Below are positions 9,699-20,209 of a DNA stretch of 64,000 nucleotides, piece after piece; within the stretch, counting starts at the first letter, position 1, and each line of letters starts with the position of its first letter. Both the position numbers and the translations under genes were made by a program. The notes below the pieces were generated by a model. It was not told the origin of the DNA. It saw only the letters and a list, made by a program, of their open reading frames with translations, and did not search any database. The stretch is from an uncultured Bacillota bacterium (lineage in GTDB: Bacteria > Bacillota > Limnochordia > Limnochordales > ZCTH02-B6): assembly GCA_937975235.1 (NCBI GenBank), contig CALJUZ010000106.1, positions 67,218-131,217 of the forward strand. Reading direction: 5' to 3'.

Positions 9699-10567
9699 GG
9701 CAACAGCATGGGCAGGGCGGCCTGTTTGATTTCGAAATAAGCGGGCAAATGGCCCACCAATTCGCCGTCGGCCTGGATGCGCAGCTCGGGCGGTCCTTCC
9801 ACTTTTATCCTCCGGCCCCGGACAAACGTCACCTTCGGATGCCCGCGGTGGCCGCCCTTGACGACCCGGGGCAGCAGCAGCACGGTGCTGAGCTTGTCGA
9901 TGTCGCCCACGATGCACACGTCGAAGCGGCCGTCGGCCAGCTCCGCGTCGGGGCAGATCATAAAGCCGCCGCCGTAGTAGCGCCCGTTGGCCACGGCCAT
10001 GAGCAGGCTTCTCACTTCAAACACGCGATCGTCCACGGAAATTCGGAACGGCGTGTTGCGGTATGTAAACAAAGTCTGAAATACCGCTTTGAGGTAGGGG
10101 ACAATGCCGCCGCTCTTGGAGCTGAACCGGTTGACCCGGTCGGCCACCGTCGCGTCGAACCCGGTGCCGGCCACGTTGCAAAAGTAGCGGTCGTTGACGA
10201 CGCCCAGGTCCACGTGCCGCACCCGGCCCGCCAAGATGACGTCCAGCGCGTCTTTCGGGGAGCGGGGCAGCCCGGCCGTTCGCGAGAAGTCAATGCCCGT
10301 CCCCAGCGGAATCAGGCCCACCGGCACGCCGGTGCCGACGGCGCCGTTGACCACCTCGTTGAGCGTGCCGTCGCCGCCCACGGCCACCACCGCGTCGTAG
10401 CCCTCCTGCGACGCGGCTTTGGCCAGTACCGTCGCGTGGCCGGCGCCCTCGGTCCAGAACGCCTGCCAGCGCACGCCCCGCCGGCGCAGTTCCTGCTCCA
10501 GCCGCGGCCAGCGCCGGCGCACCCGGCCGCCGCCCGCGGCCGGATTGACGATGAGTGCCAACTCCAT
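9695..10567 (-). CDS. Diacylglycerol/lipid kinase family protein (YegS/BmrU/DagK-like)
   Basis: ATG at 10567 gives a 290-aa protein, MELALIVNPAAGGGR...VVAVGGDGTLNEVVNG..., which matches the DAGK catalytic-domain pattern. The first 93 codons of the tracked ORF are Arg/Gly-rich and are discounted. Confidence 0.85.
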   Translation of the reverse strand: MELALIVNPAAGGGRVRRRWPRLEQELRRRGVRWQAFWTEGAGHATVLAKAASQEGYDAVVAVGGDGTLNEVVNGAVGTGVPVGLIPLGTGIDFSRTAGLPRSPKDALDVILAGRVRHVDLGVVNDRYFCNVAGTGFDATVADRVNRFSSKSGGIVPYLKAVFQTLFTYRNTPFRISVDDRVFEVRSLLMAVANGRYYGGGFMICPDAELADGRFDVCIVGDIDKLSTVLLLPRVVKGGHRGHPKVTFVRGRRIKVEGPPELRIQADGELVGHLPAYFEIKQAALPMLLP

Positions 10568-10806
10568 CACGCCAACTCCCCTCGCGGCCCGCCGCCCGGC
10601 CCGCCCGGCGGCGCGCCGGCCGCCCGCGGCAACGGGCTCCGTGCAGCGCGGCCGGTGGAGATTTCCATAGATATACAAGTTTATCCTTCTCGGAAAACGG
10701 CTACTCGCGCCGGCCTGCGAGCGGCGCCGGCCGCGGCCGCTCCCGTCCCGGAGCCGTCCGGAAGCGGCGCTGCCAAGTTTTATAAACGGAAGCGGGTATA
10801 GCTCCG

Positions 10807-10815
10807 TGCTATAAT
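10807..10815 (+). promoter_or_regulatory. Extended -10 element (TGcTATAAT) upstream of the 10876 gene
   Basis: TGCTATAAT lies ~60 nt upstream of the GTG start in an AT-richer patch of a 308-nt divergent intergenic region. No good -35 was found. Confidence 0.4.
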
Positions 10816-10875
10816 ACCAATACGCATCGATCCGAAACGAAACCACAACGGATCCGCGTTGAAAGGTGAGCGCCC

Positions 10876-11418
10876 GTGACTTTTCGGGGTTACAAACTGC
10901 ACGTCGCGGCCGCCGCGTTTTTGCTGACGCTGCTTTTGGGGCTGGGCGCCCGGCATGCGGCCCACAGCGCCTCCGCAGGGGCTTTGCAGCGGGATTTCGC
11001 CGCGCTGTCCGGCGTGGCCCGGGCCGCGGTGGAGCGCCACGGCGGCCGGACGGACATTGTCCTGGAGCTCGGGCCCGTGGACGATCTGCAGGCGGTGTAC
11101 CGGCAGGCCGACATGCTTCGGCGCGCGCGCCTGCCGGAGGACGCGTCGCAGCTCATTATTAAGGATCGGCGCACCGACGCCCTGACCGAGGCGTACCGGC
11201 GCATCCACTACGCGGTGTACGAGGGGGCGGCCACGGGCGCGTTCACCCGCATGGCCGAGGCCGTCGGCGAAGCGGCGGCGCAGCTGGCCGCGGACGTGCT
11301 GGTGACCGTGGACGATCGGTATATCTACGTGCAAATCGTCTCGGGGGACGACTATTTGTACGAAGTCGTGCCCGTGGCGAAGGCCGCGGCCGGCGGCCCG
11401 CGCGAAAGGAGCGGGTAG
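10876..11418 (+). CDS. Hypothetical secreted or membrane-anchored protein
   Basis: 180-aa ORF with a GTG start preceded by GAAAGGTGA. It has an N-terminal hydrophobic segment (HVAAAAFLLTLLLGLGA). I recognise no family. Its stop lies 2 nt before the FtsH-like gene. Confidence 0.6.
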   Translation: MTFRGYKLHVAAAAFLLTLLLGLGARHAAHSASAGALQRDFAALSGVARAAVERHGGRTDIVLELGPVDDLQAVYRQADMLRRARLPEDASQLIIKDRRTDALTEAYRRIHYAVYEGAATGAFTRMAEAVGEAAAQLAADVLVTVDDRYIYVQIVSGDDYLYEVVPVAKAAAGGPRERSG

Positions 11419-11420
11419 CG

Positions 11421-12959
11421 TTGCTGAAGGAATTGCTGGCCGGCGCCGGCGCGGGCCTGTTGATCGTGCTGCTGACGGGCGGCCTGGACGTCATGCCCGT
11501 GGCGATGCTGGCGCTTTTGGCCGGCTTGTTCTGGTTTCTCGTGGACAGCAGAAGCGGCCGGCGCTTTGAAGTGGTAAGCTCCCCGCAGCCCGGCGCGGCG
11601 GGCCCGCGGGTGACCTTCGACGACATCGGCGGACAGGAGGTGCCCAAGCGGGAGCTGCTGGAGGCCCTGGATTTCGTGCGGGAGGCCGACCGGGTGGCGG
11701 CCATGGGCATCCGCCCCCTGCGGGGCATTCTGCTGGCGGGACCGCCCGGCACCGGCAAAACCCTCATGGCCAAAGCCGCGGCCAACTACGCGGACTCGGT
11801 GTTCATTTCCGCGTCGGGATCGCAGTTCGTGGAGATGTACGCCGGCGTCGGCGCGCAGCGGGTGCGCCGGCTGTTTCGCGACGCCAGGGAACAGGCGAAG
11901 CGGCTGGGCAAGTCCAGCGCCATGATCTTTCTGGACGAGCTGGAAGTGCTGGGAGGCCGGCGGGGCCAGCACGGCGGGCACGTGGAGTATGACCAGACGC
12001 TGAACCAGCTGCTGGTGGAGATGGACGGGCTCACGCCCCACGACCCCGTGCGCGTGCTGGTCATCGGCGCGACCAACCGGGTGGACCTGCTGGACCCGGC
12101 CCTGCTGCGGCCGGGCCGCTTCGACCGCGTCGTCCACGTGGACCTGCCCGACCGGGAGGGGCGCCTCCACATCCTGCGCATTCACGCCAAAGGCAAGCCC
12201 CTGGCGGTGGACGTGGACTTGGCGGAAGTGGCCCGCGACACCTTCGGCTTCTCCGGCGCCCATCTCGAGAGCCTGCTCAACGAAGCGGCCATCCTGGCCA
12301 TGAGGGCCGGGAAAGAGCAGATTACCGCGCAGGAGATCCGGGAAGCCATTGACAAGGTGATGATGGGGGAAAAGCGGGACCTGAAGCCCCGCCTGGACGA
12401 GCTGCGGCGGGTCGCGTACCACGAAATCGGCCACGCCATCGCGGCCGAGCTGGTGCGGCCCGGCGCCGTGGCGGCCGTCACCGTGACGCCCAGGGGACGG
12501 GCTTTGGGCTACATGCGCCAGACGCCCGCGGACGATCAGTACCTGTACACGGCCGAGGAGCTGCACGGGCAGATCGCGGTGCTGCTGGCCGGCGCCGTCG
12601 CGGAGGAAATCGCGTTCGGCAACCGCAGCACCGGCTCCGCCGGCGACTTCGAGCAGGCGGCCGCGCTGGCGGAACGCATCGTCCACGCGGGGCTGTCGCG
12701 GCTGGGCATCGTCCATAAAGACCGCCTGGCGCCCAACGTGCTGCACGACGAAATTCAGCACATTCTCGACGGCGAGACGGCCCGGGTGCGGGCCTGGCTG
12801 AAGCCGCGCCGGGCCGTCATGGACGAGCTGGCCCGGCGCCTGCTGGAGGAGGAGCGGGTGGACGGCGACGTGCTGCGCATGCAGCTGGCCATGGCCGACG
12901 CGGCGGCCGCGGCGGCCGCGGCCGGAGCTCCCGGCGCCGCGCCGCCGGCCCCGGCCTAG
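11421..12959 (+). CDS. FtsH-family AAA+ zinc metalloprotease, short form without a large extracytoplasmic domain
   Basis: 512 aa with two N-terminal TM helices almost adjacent to each other. Motifs are Walker A GPPGTGKT, Walker B IFLDELE, second region of homology TNRVDLLDPALLRPGRFDR, and zinc site HEIGHAI. The TTG start has AAAGGAG 9 nt upstream. Confidence 0.85.
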   Translation: MLKELLAGAGAGLLIVLLTGGLDVMPVAMLALLAGLFWFLVDSRSGRRFEVVSSPQPGAAGPRVTFDDIGGQEVPKRELLEALDFVREADRVAAMGIRPLRGILLAGPPGTGKTLMAKAAANYADSVFISASGSQFVEMYAGVGAQRVRRLFRDAREQAKRLGKSSAMIFLDELEVLGGRRGQHGGHVEYDQTLNQLLVEMDGLTPHDPVRVLVIGATNRVDLLDPALLRPGRFDRVVHVDLPDREGRLHILRIHAKGKPLAVDVDLAEVARDTFGFSGAHLESLLNEAAILAMRAGKEQITAQEIREAIDKVMMGEKRDLKPRLDELRRVAYHEIGHAIAAELVRPGAVAAVTVTPRGRALGYMRQTPADDQYLYTAEELHGQIAVLLAGAVAEEIAFGNRSTGSAGDFEQAAALAERIVHAGLSRLGIVHKDRLAPNVLHDEIQHILDGETARVRAWLKPRRAVMDELARRLLEEERVDGDVLRMQLAMADAAAAAAAAGAPGAAPPAPA

Positions 12960-12995
12960 CCGCCGGGCGCACGTCCCGGTCCGTGCCGCAGCGTC

Positions 12996-13898
12996 TCAGC
13001 GGGCCCGCCGCGCCTTTTGGCCGGCGGGCTCGTTTTTCAGCGGCTGCCGGCTCCGCACCAGCAGCCAGCCCGCGCACGCGGCGGCGATGGCCAGGCTCAC
13101 CCACTGAGCCAGGGTCAGGCCCAGGGCCAGCTTCGTGCCGATGCGGAAAAACTCCACCCAAAAGCGGCCCAGCGAATAGGAAGCCAAATACAGGAAAAAA
13201 ACGTCCCCTTCCCGGGCCGAAGGAAGGCGCCGGTACCAGAGGAGCAGCGCCAGCACGCCCGCGTTCCAGACGGACTCGTAGAGGAAAGTCGGATGGAAAA
13301 ACTCGAACTGCGCCCACTCGGGCGGGCGAAACTCGGGCGCGACGTACATTTTCCACGGCACGTCCGTGGGGTAGCCGAACAGCTCCTGGTTGAAAAAGTT
13401 GCCCCAGCGGCCCAGCGCCTGGCCCAGGGGCATGGCCGGCGTCACCACGTCGGCGAAGGTCAGAAAAGGCACGCCGAGGCGCCGGGCAAACAGCGCCGCG
13501 GCCAGGATGCCGCCCAGCAGCACGCCGTGAATGGACAGCCCGCCTTCCCAGACCATAAAAATGCGCACGGGGTCCGCCAGGTAGACGTTCAGATTTTGCA
13601 CGACGTACCCGAGGCGGGCGCCGGCGAAGCCGAACAGCGCGGCGATGACGGCAAAGTCGTACAACCGCTCCACGTCGATATTTTTGCGCCGGGCCTCGCC
13701 GGCGGCCAGGTAGAAGCCGGGGATGAACGAGCCCGCGATGAGCAGGCCGTACCACCGCAGCTGCAGCGGGCCGATGCTGAAGACGACGGGGTTGACGGGC
13801 CGCTGGCCCGCGAACATGGGGCGCACCGCGAAAAACAGCGCCGCAGCGGCCACGAGGCCGGCCGCAGCCCAAAGGAGCCAATAACGGCGGGAACGCAA
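12996..13898 (-). CDS. lgt: Prolipoprotein diacylglyceryl transferase
   Basis: This is the C-terminal 300 codons of the 1217-aa tracked ORF. Motifs are GGLSIHGVLLGG, GRWGNFFNQELFGYPT and HPTFLYES. The TTG start at 13898 has GGAGGTG 8 nt upstream. The rest of the tracked ORF is antisense to cinA/recA. Confidence 0.9.
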   Translation of the reverse strand: MRSRRYWLLWAAAGLVAAAALFFAVRPMFAGQRPVNPVVFSIGPLQLRWYGLLIAGSFIPGFYLAAGEARRKNIDVERLYDFAVIAALFGFAGARLGYVVQNLNVYLADPVRIFMVWEGGLSIHGVLLGGILAAALFARRLGVPFLTFADVVTPAMPLGQALGRWGNFFNQELFGYPTDVPWKMYVAPEFRPPEWAQFEFFHPTFLYESVWNAGVLALLLWYRRLPSAREGDVFFLYLASYSLGRFWVEFFRIGTKLALGLTLAQWVSLAIAAACAGWLLVRSRQPLKNEPAGQKARRAR

Positions 13899-13953
13899 AG
13901 GGGGGTCACCTCCGGACGACACGCTCTTACTTCGCCCGCGCGCGGCGTTTTCC

Positions 13954-13981
13954 TTGAGAGATTTTCCGCGGCCGCTATACT
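13954..13981 (+). promoter_or_regulatory. Sigma-A-type promoter candidate for cinA(-recA)
   Basis: TTGAGA, 16 nt, TATACT lies ~70 nt upstream of the cinA ATG. Confidence 0.45.
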
Positions 13982-14048
13982 TGGTATTGTCGGCGGAACA
14001 TTCGCGCCGCGCAGGCCCGCGGGCGGGCCGGGAAAGGAGTCGACGACG

Positions 14049-15311
14049 ATGGCGCAGGCGGTTCGGGCCGAACTGGTCATGATCGGCACGGAGCTTTTGC
14101 TGGGGCAGACGGTGGACACCAACGCCGCCCACATCGCCGAGAAGCTGGCGGAAAACGGCATCCACGTGTATTTCAAAGCCACCGTGGGCGACAACTGGAC
14201 GCGCATGACGGCGGTGCTGGCCCAGGCGCTGACCCGGGCGGACATCGTCATCACCAGCGGCGGGCTGGGCCCGACGGAGGACGACCTCACCCGGGAAGTT
14301 GTGGCGTCGGTGCTGCGCCTGCCGCTGGTGGAAGACCGGCGGGCGCTGGAGAGCATCAAGAGCTGGTTCACCCGCACGGGCCGGCCCATGCCCTCCTCCA
14401 ACCGCAAGCAGGCCCTTATGCCCGAAGGCGCGCACGTCATCGCCAACGGGCAGGGGACGGCGCCGGGCTTCATCGTGGAGAAGGACGGCAAAATCGTCGT
14501 CTGCATGCCCGGCGTGCCCCACGAGATGAAAGCCATGCTGGAAAATGACGTGCTGCCGTATCTGCGGCGGCGCTTCGGGCTCGAGGAACGCCTTTTCACG
14601 CGCAACCTGCGGTTTTACGGCATCGGCGAGTCGGCACTGGAGGAGCGGCTGCGGGACTTGTTCCGCATGACGAAACCCACCGTCGCGCCCTACGCCGGCA
14701 TGGCCGAAGTGAAAGTGCGGCTGACGGCCCGGGCCGGCAGCCGGGAGGAAGCCGAGCGTTTGTTTGCTCCGGTGGAGCAGGAGATCCTCGCCCGGGTGGG
14801 CGAATATATGTACGGTACCGGCGACGACACCATGGAGGTCGTGGCGGGGCGCGCCCTGGCCGGCGCCGGCTGGACCGTGGCCCTGGCCGAGTCGTGCACC
14901 GGCGGGCTGGTGGCCAAGCGGCTGACGGACGTGCCCGGCAGCTCCGCCTACTTTCTCGGCGGCGTCGTGGCCTACAGCAACGAAGCAAAAGCCGCGCTGC
15001 TGGGCGTATCGGAGGAGACGCTCAGGCGCCACGGCGCGGTGTCGGCCGAAACAGCCGTGGAGATGGCGCTGGGCGCGGTGCGGCGCTTCGGCGCCGCCCT
15101 GGGCGTGTCGGTGACAGGCATCGCCGGACCCGGGGGCGGCAGCGAAGAGAAGCCGGTGGGCCTGGTGTTTATCGGCTGCGCCGCCGGGGAGCGGGCGCTC
15201 GCCCGGCGGTTTCAGTTCACGGGCAACCGCGACCGGGTGCGCCAGTACACCGCGATGGCGGCGCTGGACTTGATCCGCCGCTGCGCCCTGGGCCAGGTGG
15301 ATTTCAGCTGA
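14049..15311 (+). CDS. cinA: Competence/damage-inducible protein CinA (MoCF-like domain plus PncC-type deamidase domain)
   Basis: ATG at 14049 with GGAAAGGAG upstream. It encodes 420 aa: ELVMIGTELLLGQTVDTN...TSGGLGPTEDD in the N-terminal half and LAESCTGGLVA...GIAGPGGG in the C-terminal half. It sits directly upstream of recA, as in Bacillus. Confidence 0.9.
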   Translation: MAQAVRAELVMIGTELLLGQTVDTNAAHIAEKLAENGIHVYFKATVGDNWTRMTAVLAQALTRADIVITSGGLGPTEDDLTREVVASVLRLPLVEDRRALESIKSWFTRTGRPMPSSNRKQALMPEGAHVIANGQGTAPGFIVEKDGKIVVCMPGVPHEMKAMLENDVLPYLRRRFGLEERLFTRNLRFYGIGESALEERLRDLFRMTKPTVAPYAGMAEVKVRLTARAGSREEAERLFAPVEQEILARVGEYMYGTGDDTMEVVAGRALAGAGWTVALAESCTGGLVAKRLTDVPGSSAYFLGGVVAYSNEAKAALLGVSEETLRRHGAVSAETAVEMALGAVRRFGAALGVSVTGIAGPGGGSEEKPVGLVFIGCAAGERALARRFQFTGNRDRVRQYTAMAALDLIRRCALGQVDFS

Positions 15312-15491
15312 CGGGCCGCCGGGGCCGGGCGGGGCGCGGGCGGGCTTAGGGGACAAAGGAACGCCCGGCCCGACGTCGAAAGTTTCGGCAGTTCCCCACG
15401 TCCAAACCGACCGGCCCGACCACCGTGGCGGACGGCGTTTACGCGGGCCCCGCGGGCCCGGCGCCGTGCTTTTGAAGAGGGGGATTTTGCG

Positions 15492-16527
<1,036 letters not shown>

Positions 16528-16535
<8 letters not shown>

Positions 16536-17010
16536 GCCGGACCTGGCCAAAGCGCAAGCGCGGGCGCTGCGGCTTCTGGCCGCGCGCGACCGCAGCCGGC
16601 GCGAGCTGGAGGACCGCCTCCGGCGCGCCGGCTTTTCCGATCCGGTCATCGAGGAGACCGTAAACTGGTGCCGCCGCCTGGGCTACGTGGACGACGAGCG
16701 GTTCGCCCGCAGCTGGGTGGAATATCGCCTGCTCCATTCGCCCAGCGGCCGGCGCCGCCTGGAGGCCGAGCTGCGGCAGAAGGGCGTGGACGCGCCCGTG
16801 GTGGAGCGGGTGCTGGCGGACATGCTGCCGCCGGAGCTGGAGGAGCGGCTGTGCCGCGAGGAGGCGGCGCGCCGGGCGCGGCGGCTGGCGGGCCAGCCCG
16901 ACGACGTGCGGCGGCGGCGCCTGGCGGCGTTTCTGGCCCGCCGCGGGTTCTCTCCGGAAACGGTGTACGCGGCGCTGGCCCAAGTTGACACTCCCCCTGA
17001 TACGGATTAA
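16528..17010 (+). CDS. recX: Recombination regulator RecX (start codon uncertain)
   Basis: The +1 frame relative to recA encodes ...[59 protein letters not shown]...[13 protein letters not shown]..., the RecX three-repeat pattern. There is no in-frame ATG/GTG/TTG near the domain start. The coordinate uses ATT at 16528 (GGTGGTGG 6-7 nt upstream), which overlaps the last 8 nt of recA. Confidence 0.7.
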
Positions 17011-17013
17011 AAT
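16985..17013 (+). promoter_or_regulatory. Consensus-like sigma-A promoter element at the recX 3' end
   Basis: TTGACA, 17 nt, TAAAAT. The -10 overlaps the recX stop codon. It lies ~120 nt upstream of the rny start but also upstream of the hairpin at 17052-17078. Confidence 0.45.
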
Positions 17014-17051
17014 ACTCGCGGGTGTAAGTGGTTCCGACATAACATTCGACG

Positions 17052-17078
17052 AGGCCGAGCCGTGGCTCGGCCTTCTTT
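17052..17078 (+). terminator. Stem-loop with weak T-tract after recX
   Basis: AGGCCGAGCC-GTG-GGCTCGGCCT forms a 10-bp stem and is followed by TCTTT. Confidence 0.5.
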
Positions 17079-17135
17079 GCAACCTGAAGCAACTGATCGG
17101 ATGGAAACCGACGGCACCTTGACAACCGAGGGGAG

Positions 17136-18680
17136 GTGGAGCAGTCGCTGGTACTGCTTTTGTGGGCCCTAGCAGGCGCCGCCCTGGGCGTAGCCGGAGG
17201 GTACGCGCTGCGGAGGGCCATTGCCGAGTCGAAGATCCGTTCCGCCGAAGTGCAGGCCGGCCAAATCCTGGAGCAAGCCCGGCGTGACGCGGAAGCGAAA
17301 GTCCGCGAGGCGCTGGTGGAGGTCAAGGAGGAAGCGGTCCGCCTGCGCCAGGAGGCGGAACAAGAGATACGAGAACGCCGCCAGGAGCTGCAGCAGCTGG
17401 AGCGGCGGCTGCTGCAGAAGGAGGAAAACCTGGACCGTCGCCTCTCGCAAGTGGAAAAGCGGGAGGAATCGCTCAACCGCCGGGCCGAGGTCCTGGAGCG
17501 CAAACACCAGGAAGCCGACGCCCTGCTGGAACGCCAGCGGGCGGAACTGGAGCGGCTGAGCGGGCTGACGACGGAAGAGGCCAAGGAGTACCTGCTCAAG
17601 ACCGTTGAGGAAGAAGTGCGGCACGACATGGCCGTCATGATCCGCGAGATGGAGCAGGAGGCCAGGGAGGAAGCGGACAAGCGAGCCCGCAACATCATCG
17701 GCCTGGCCATTCAGCGCTGCGCCGCGGACCACGTGTCCGAGGCCACCGTGTCCGTGGTCACGTTGCCCAGCGACGACATGAAAGGCCGCATCATCGGACG
17801 CGAAGGTCGCAACATTCGGACGCTGGAGGCGCAGACCGGCATCGACCTCATTATCGACGACACGCCCGAAGCGGTGGTCTTGTCCGGCTTTGATCCGGTG
17901 CGGCGCGAAATCGCCCGCATCGCGCTGGAGAAGCTCATCGCCGACGGCCGCATTCACCCGGCCCGGATTGAGGAGATGGTCGCCAAAGCCCGCAAGGAGG
18001 TGGAGGAGAACATCCGTGAGGAAGGCGAGCAGGCGTGCCTGTCCGCCAACGTGCACGGCCTCCATCCGGAGCTGGTGAAACTGCTGGGTCGCTTGAAGTA
18101 CCGCTACAGCTACGGGCAGAACGTGCTGAAGCACTCGGTTGAAGTGGCCCACATCGCCGCCATGATGGCCGCGGAACTGGGCTGCGACGTGAAGGTGGCC
18201 CGCCGGGCCGGCCTTCTGCATGACATCGGCAAAGCCGTCGACCACGAGACGGAAGGCACCCACGTGGAGATCGGCGTCGAGCTGCTGCGGCGCTACCGCG
18301 AGTCCGAAGCCGTCATCCACGCGGTGGAATGCCACCACGGGGACAAAGAGCCGCAGACGGTGGAGGCCATGCTGGTGGCCGCGGCCGACGCGGTGTCGGC
18401 GGCCCGGCCGGGCGCCCGCCGTGAAAGCCTGGCCAACTACATCAAGCGGCTGGAACGGCTGGAGGCCATCGCCAACTCGTTCGAAGGCGTCGAGAAATCG
18501 TACGCCATTCAGGCGGGCCGGGAAGTGCGGATTCTGGTCCGGCCCGACAAAGTGGACGACGACATGGCCGCCGTCATGGCCCGGGACATCGTGAAGCGTA
18601 TCGAGTCGGAACTACAGTACCCCGGTCAAATCAAGGTGACCGTCATCCGCGAGACCCGGGCCGTCGAGTACGCCAAGTAA
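17136..18680 (+). CDS. rny: Ribonuclease Y
   Basis: 514 aa with an N-terminal TM helix, a coiled-coil region, a KH domain ([15 protein letters not shown]), an HD domain ([12 protein letters not shown]) and C-terminal [15 protein letters not shown]. It is nearly colinear with B. subtilis RNase Y. Confidence 0.95.
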   Translation: MEQSLVLLLWALAGAALGVAGGYALRRAIAESKIRSAEVQAGQILEQARRDAEAKVREALVEVKEEAVRLRQEAEQEIRERRQELQQLERRLLQKEENLDRRLSQVEKREESLNRRAEVLERKHQEADALLERQRAELERLSGLTTEEAKEYLLKTVEEEVRHDMAVMIREMEQEAREEADKRARNIIGLAIQRCAADHVSEATVSVVTLPSDDMKGRIIGREGRNIRTLEAQTGIDLIIDDTPEAVVLSGFDPVRREIARIALEKLIADGRIHPARIEEMVAKARKEVEENIREEGEQACLSANVHGLHPELVKLLGRLKYRYSYGQNVLKHSVEVAHIAAMMAAELGCDVKVARRAGLLHDIGKAVDHETEGTHVEIGVELLRRYRESEAVIHAVECHHGDKEPQTVEAMLVAAADAVSAARPGARRESLANYIKRLERLEAIANSFEGVEKSYAIQAGREVRILVRPDKVDDDMAAVMARDIVKRIESELQYPGQIKVTVIRETRAVEYAK

Positions 18681-18733
18681 ACGCTCACAGTCAGTACGGA
18701 CGCAACGTTTGCCAATGCCGACCGTGCGAAGGA

Positions 18734-18774
18734 AAACCGGTCCGCGCGCCGAAGGTGCGCCGGACCGGTTTTTT
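18734..18774 (+). terminator. Intrinsic terminator after rny
   Basis: AAAACCGGTCCGCGCGCC...GGTGCGCCGGACCGG forms an imperfect GC stem and is followed by TTTTTT. Confidence 0.8.
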
Positions 18775-18791
18775 CGCGAAAGGAGATGCGT

Positions 18792-19781
18792 ATGAGCGAC
18801 GTGCATCGGCTGCACCGGGAAAGCTTTGTCGTGGACGCGCACTGCGACACCGCTCTGAGGCTGGCGGCGGGGGACTCGCTGACGCCCGGGGGCGGCGCCG
18901 CCCCGGGGCACGTGGATTTGCCGCGGCTGCGGGCCGGCGGCGTGGACTTGCAGGTGTTCGCGCTCTGGGTCGACGCGGACAGCCGGAAACACGGCCGGCT
19001 GCGGCGCTGCCTGGAGCTCCTGGACGCCGTCGTCGCCGAAACCGAGCGCCTGCGCGACGATTTCCGCCTCGTGCTGTCGGCCCGGGACATCGACGCCGCC
19101 GCGCAGGCGGGCCAAATCGGGGTGCTGCTGTCCATCGAGGACGGCGCCGCGCTGGAAGGCAGCCTCAGCGCCCTGCGGGCCTTTTACCGTCTGGGCGTGC
19201 GGGCCATGGGGCTGACGTGGAACGGCCGCAACGAGCTGGGCGAAGGCGTCGGGGCGGCCAAAGGGGCGGGCGGCGGCCTGACCGCGTTCGGCCGCGACGT
19301 GGTCAGGGAGATGAACCGCCTAGGGATGATCGTGGACGTGTCGCATCTTTCCGAGGCCGGTTTCTGGGACGTGCTGGAGATCAGCGACGCGCCCGTCATC
19401 GCGTCCCACTCCAACGCCAAAGCGGTGTGCGATCACCGGCGCAATCTCACCGACCGGCAGATCAAGGCGCTGGCCGACGCCGGCGGCGTCATGGGCATCA
19501 ACTTCTGCCCGCCCTTTCTCGCCGACGGGGGCCGCGCGTCCGTGGAGGACATCGTGCGGCACGTAGACCACATCGTCGATCTGGTCGGCCCCGGCCACGT
19601 GGGCCTCGGGTCGGACTTCGACGGCATCTCGTCCACGCCCGAAGGCGCGGAGGACGTGGCGCGGCTTCCGGCCGTCACCGAGGCGCTGGCGGCCCGGGGC
19701 TACGGCGACGAGGAGATCCGCGCCATTCTTGGCGGCAATTTCCTGCGCGTCTTTCGGCAAATTTTGCAGCCGGCCGACTGA
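18792..19781 (+). CDS. Membrane dipeptidase family (peptidase M19)
   Basis: Motifs are VVDAHCDT, GLTWNGRNELG, DVSHLSE, ASHSNA and GLGSDFDGI. The second ATG (18792) is preferred because AAAGGAG abuts the first ATG at 18786. Confidence 0.9.
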   Translation: MSDVHRLHRESFVVDAHCDTALRLAAGDSLTPGGGAAPGHVDLPRLRAGGVDLQVFALWVDADSRKHGRLRRCLELLDAVVAETERLRDDFRLVLSARDIDAAAQAGQIGVLLSIEDGAALEGSLSALRAFYRLGVRAMGLTWNGRNELGEGVGAAKGAGGGLTAFGRDVVREMNRLGMIVDVSHLSEAGFWDVLEISDAPVIASHSNAKAVCDHRRNLTDRQIKALADAGGVMGINFCPPFLADGGRASVEDIVRHVDHIVDLVGPGHVGLGSDFDGISSTPEGAEDVARLPAVTEALAARGYGDEEIRAILGGNFLRVFRQILQPAD

Positions 19782-19840
19782 TCCGGGGGCCGGGCAGCCA
19801 TACTACGGGGGGAGTGATGGCGCCTTAGGAGGTGAGCCGC

Positions 19841-20176
19841 GTGGACTGGATCGGAACCGTCGTGCGCTTTGTCGTGTCGGCGCTGGTGCTGATGTTCGTC
19901 GGGCTGGTCGTGCCGGGATTTTCGCCGCTGACGTTTTGGCACGCGCTGCTGGCCGCGCTCGTCATCGCCGCGCTGGGCTGGGTGGTGGAGGCGACGATGG
20001 GCAGGAAGGCGTCGCCTTTCGGCCGGGGCGTCGTCGGGTTTATCATCGCCGCGCTGGTCGTGTGGGCCGCGCAGTTTTTCGTGCCCGGCATGTCCGTCAC
20101 GGTGCTGGGGGCCCTTCTGGCCGCGGTCGTCATCGGCATCGCGGATCTGTTCGTGCCGACGTCCATCACCCGGTGA
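19841..20176 (+). CDS. Small four-helix membrane protein, phage-holin-4/DUF360-like (YvlD-like)
   Basis: GTG at 19841 lies 8 nt after AGGAGG. It encodes 111 aa that are almost entirely hydrophobic helices (VVRFVVSALVLMFVGLVVPGF...). The family assignment is from memory only. Confidence 0.6.
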   Translation: MDWIGTVVRFVVSALVLMFVGLVVPGFSPLTFWHALLAALVIAALGWVVEATMGRKASPFGRGVVGFIIAALVVWAAQFFVPGMSVTVLGALLAAVVIGIADLFVPTSITR

Positions 20177-20209
20177 ACACCGCCCGCGCGGCGCCATGGG
20201 GGGACCGTC

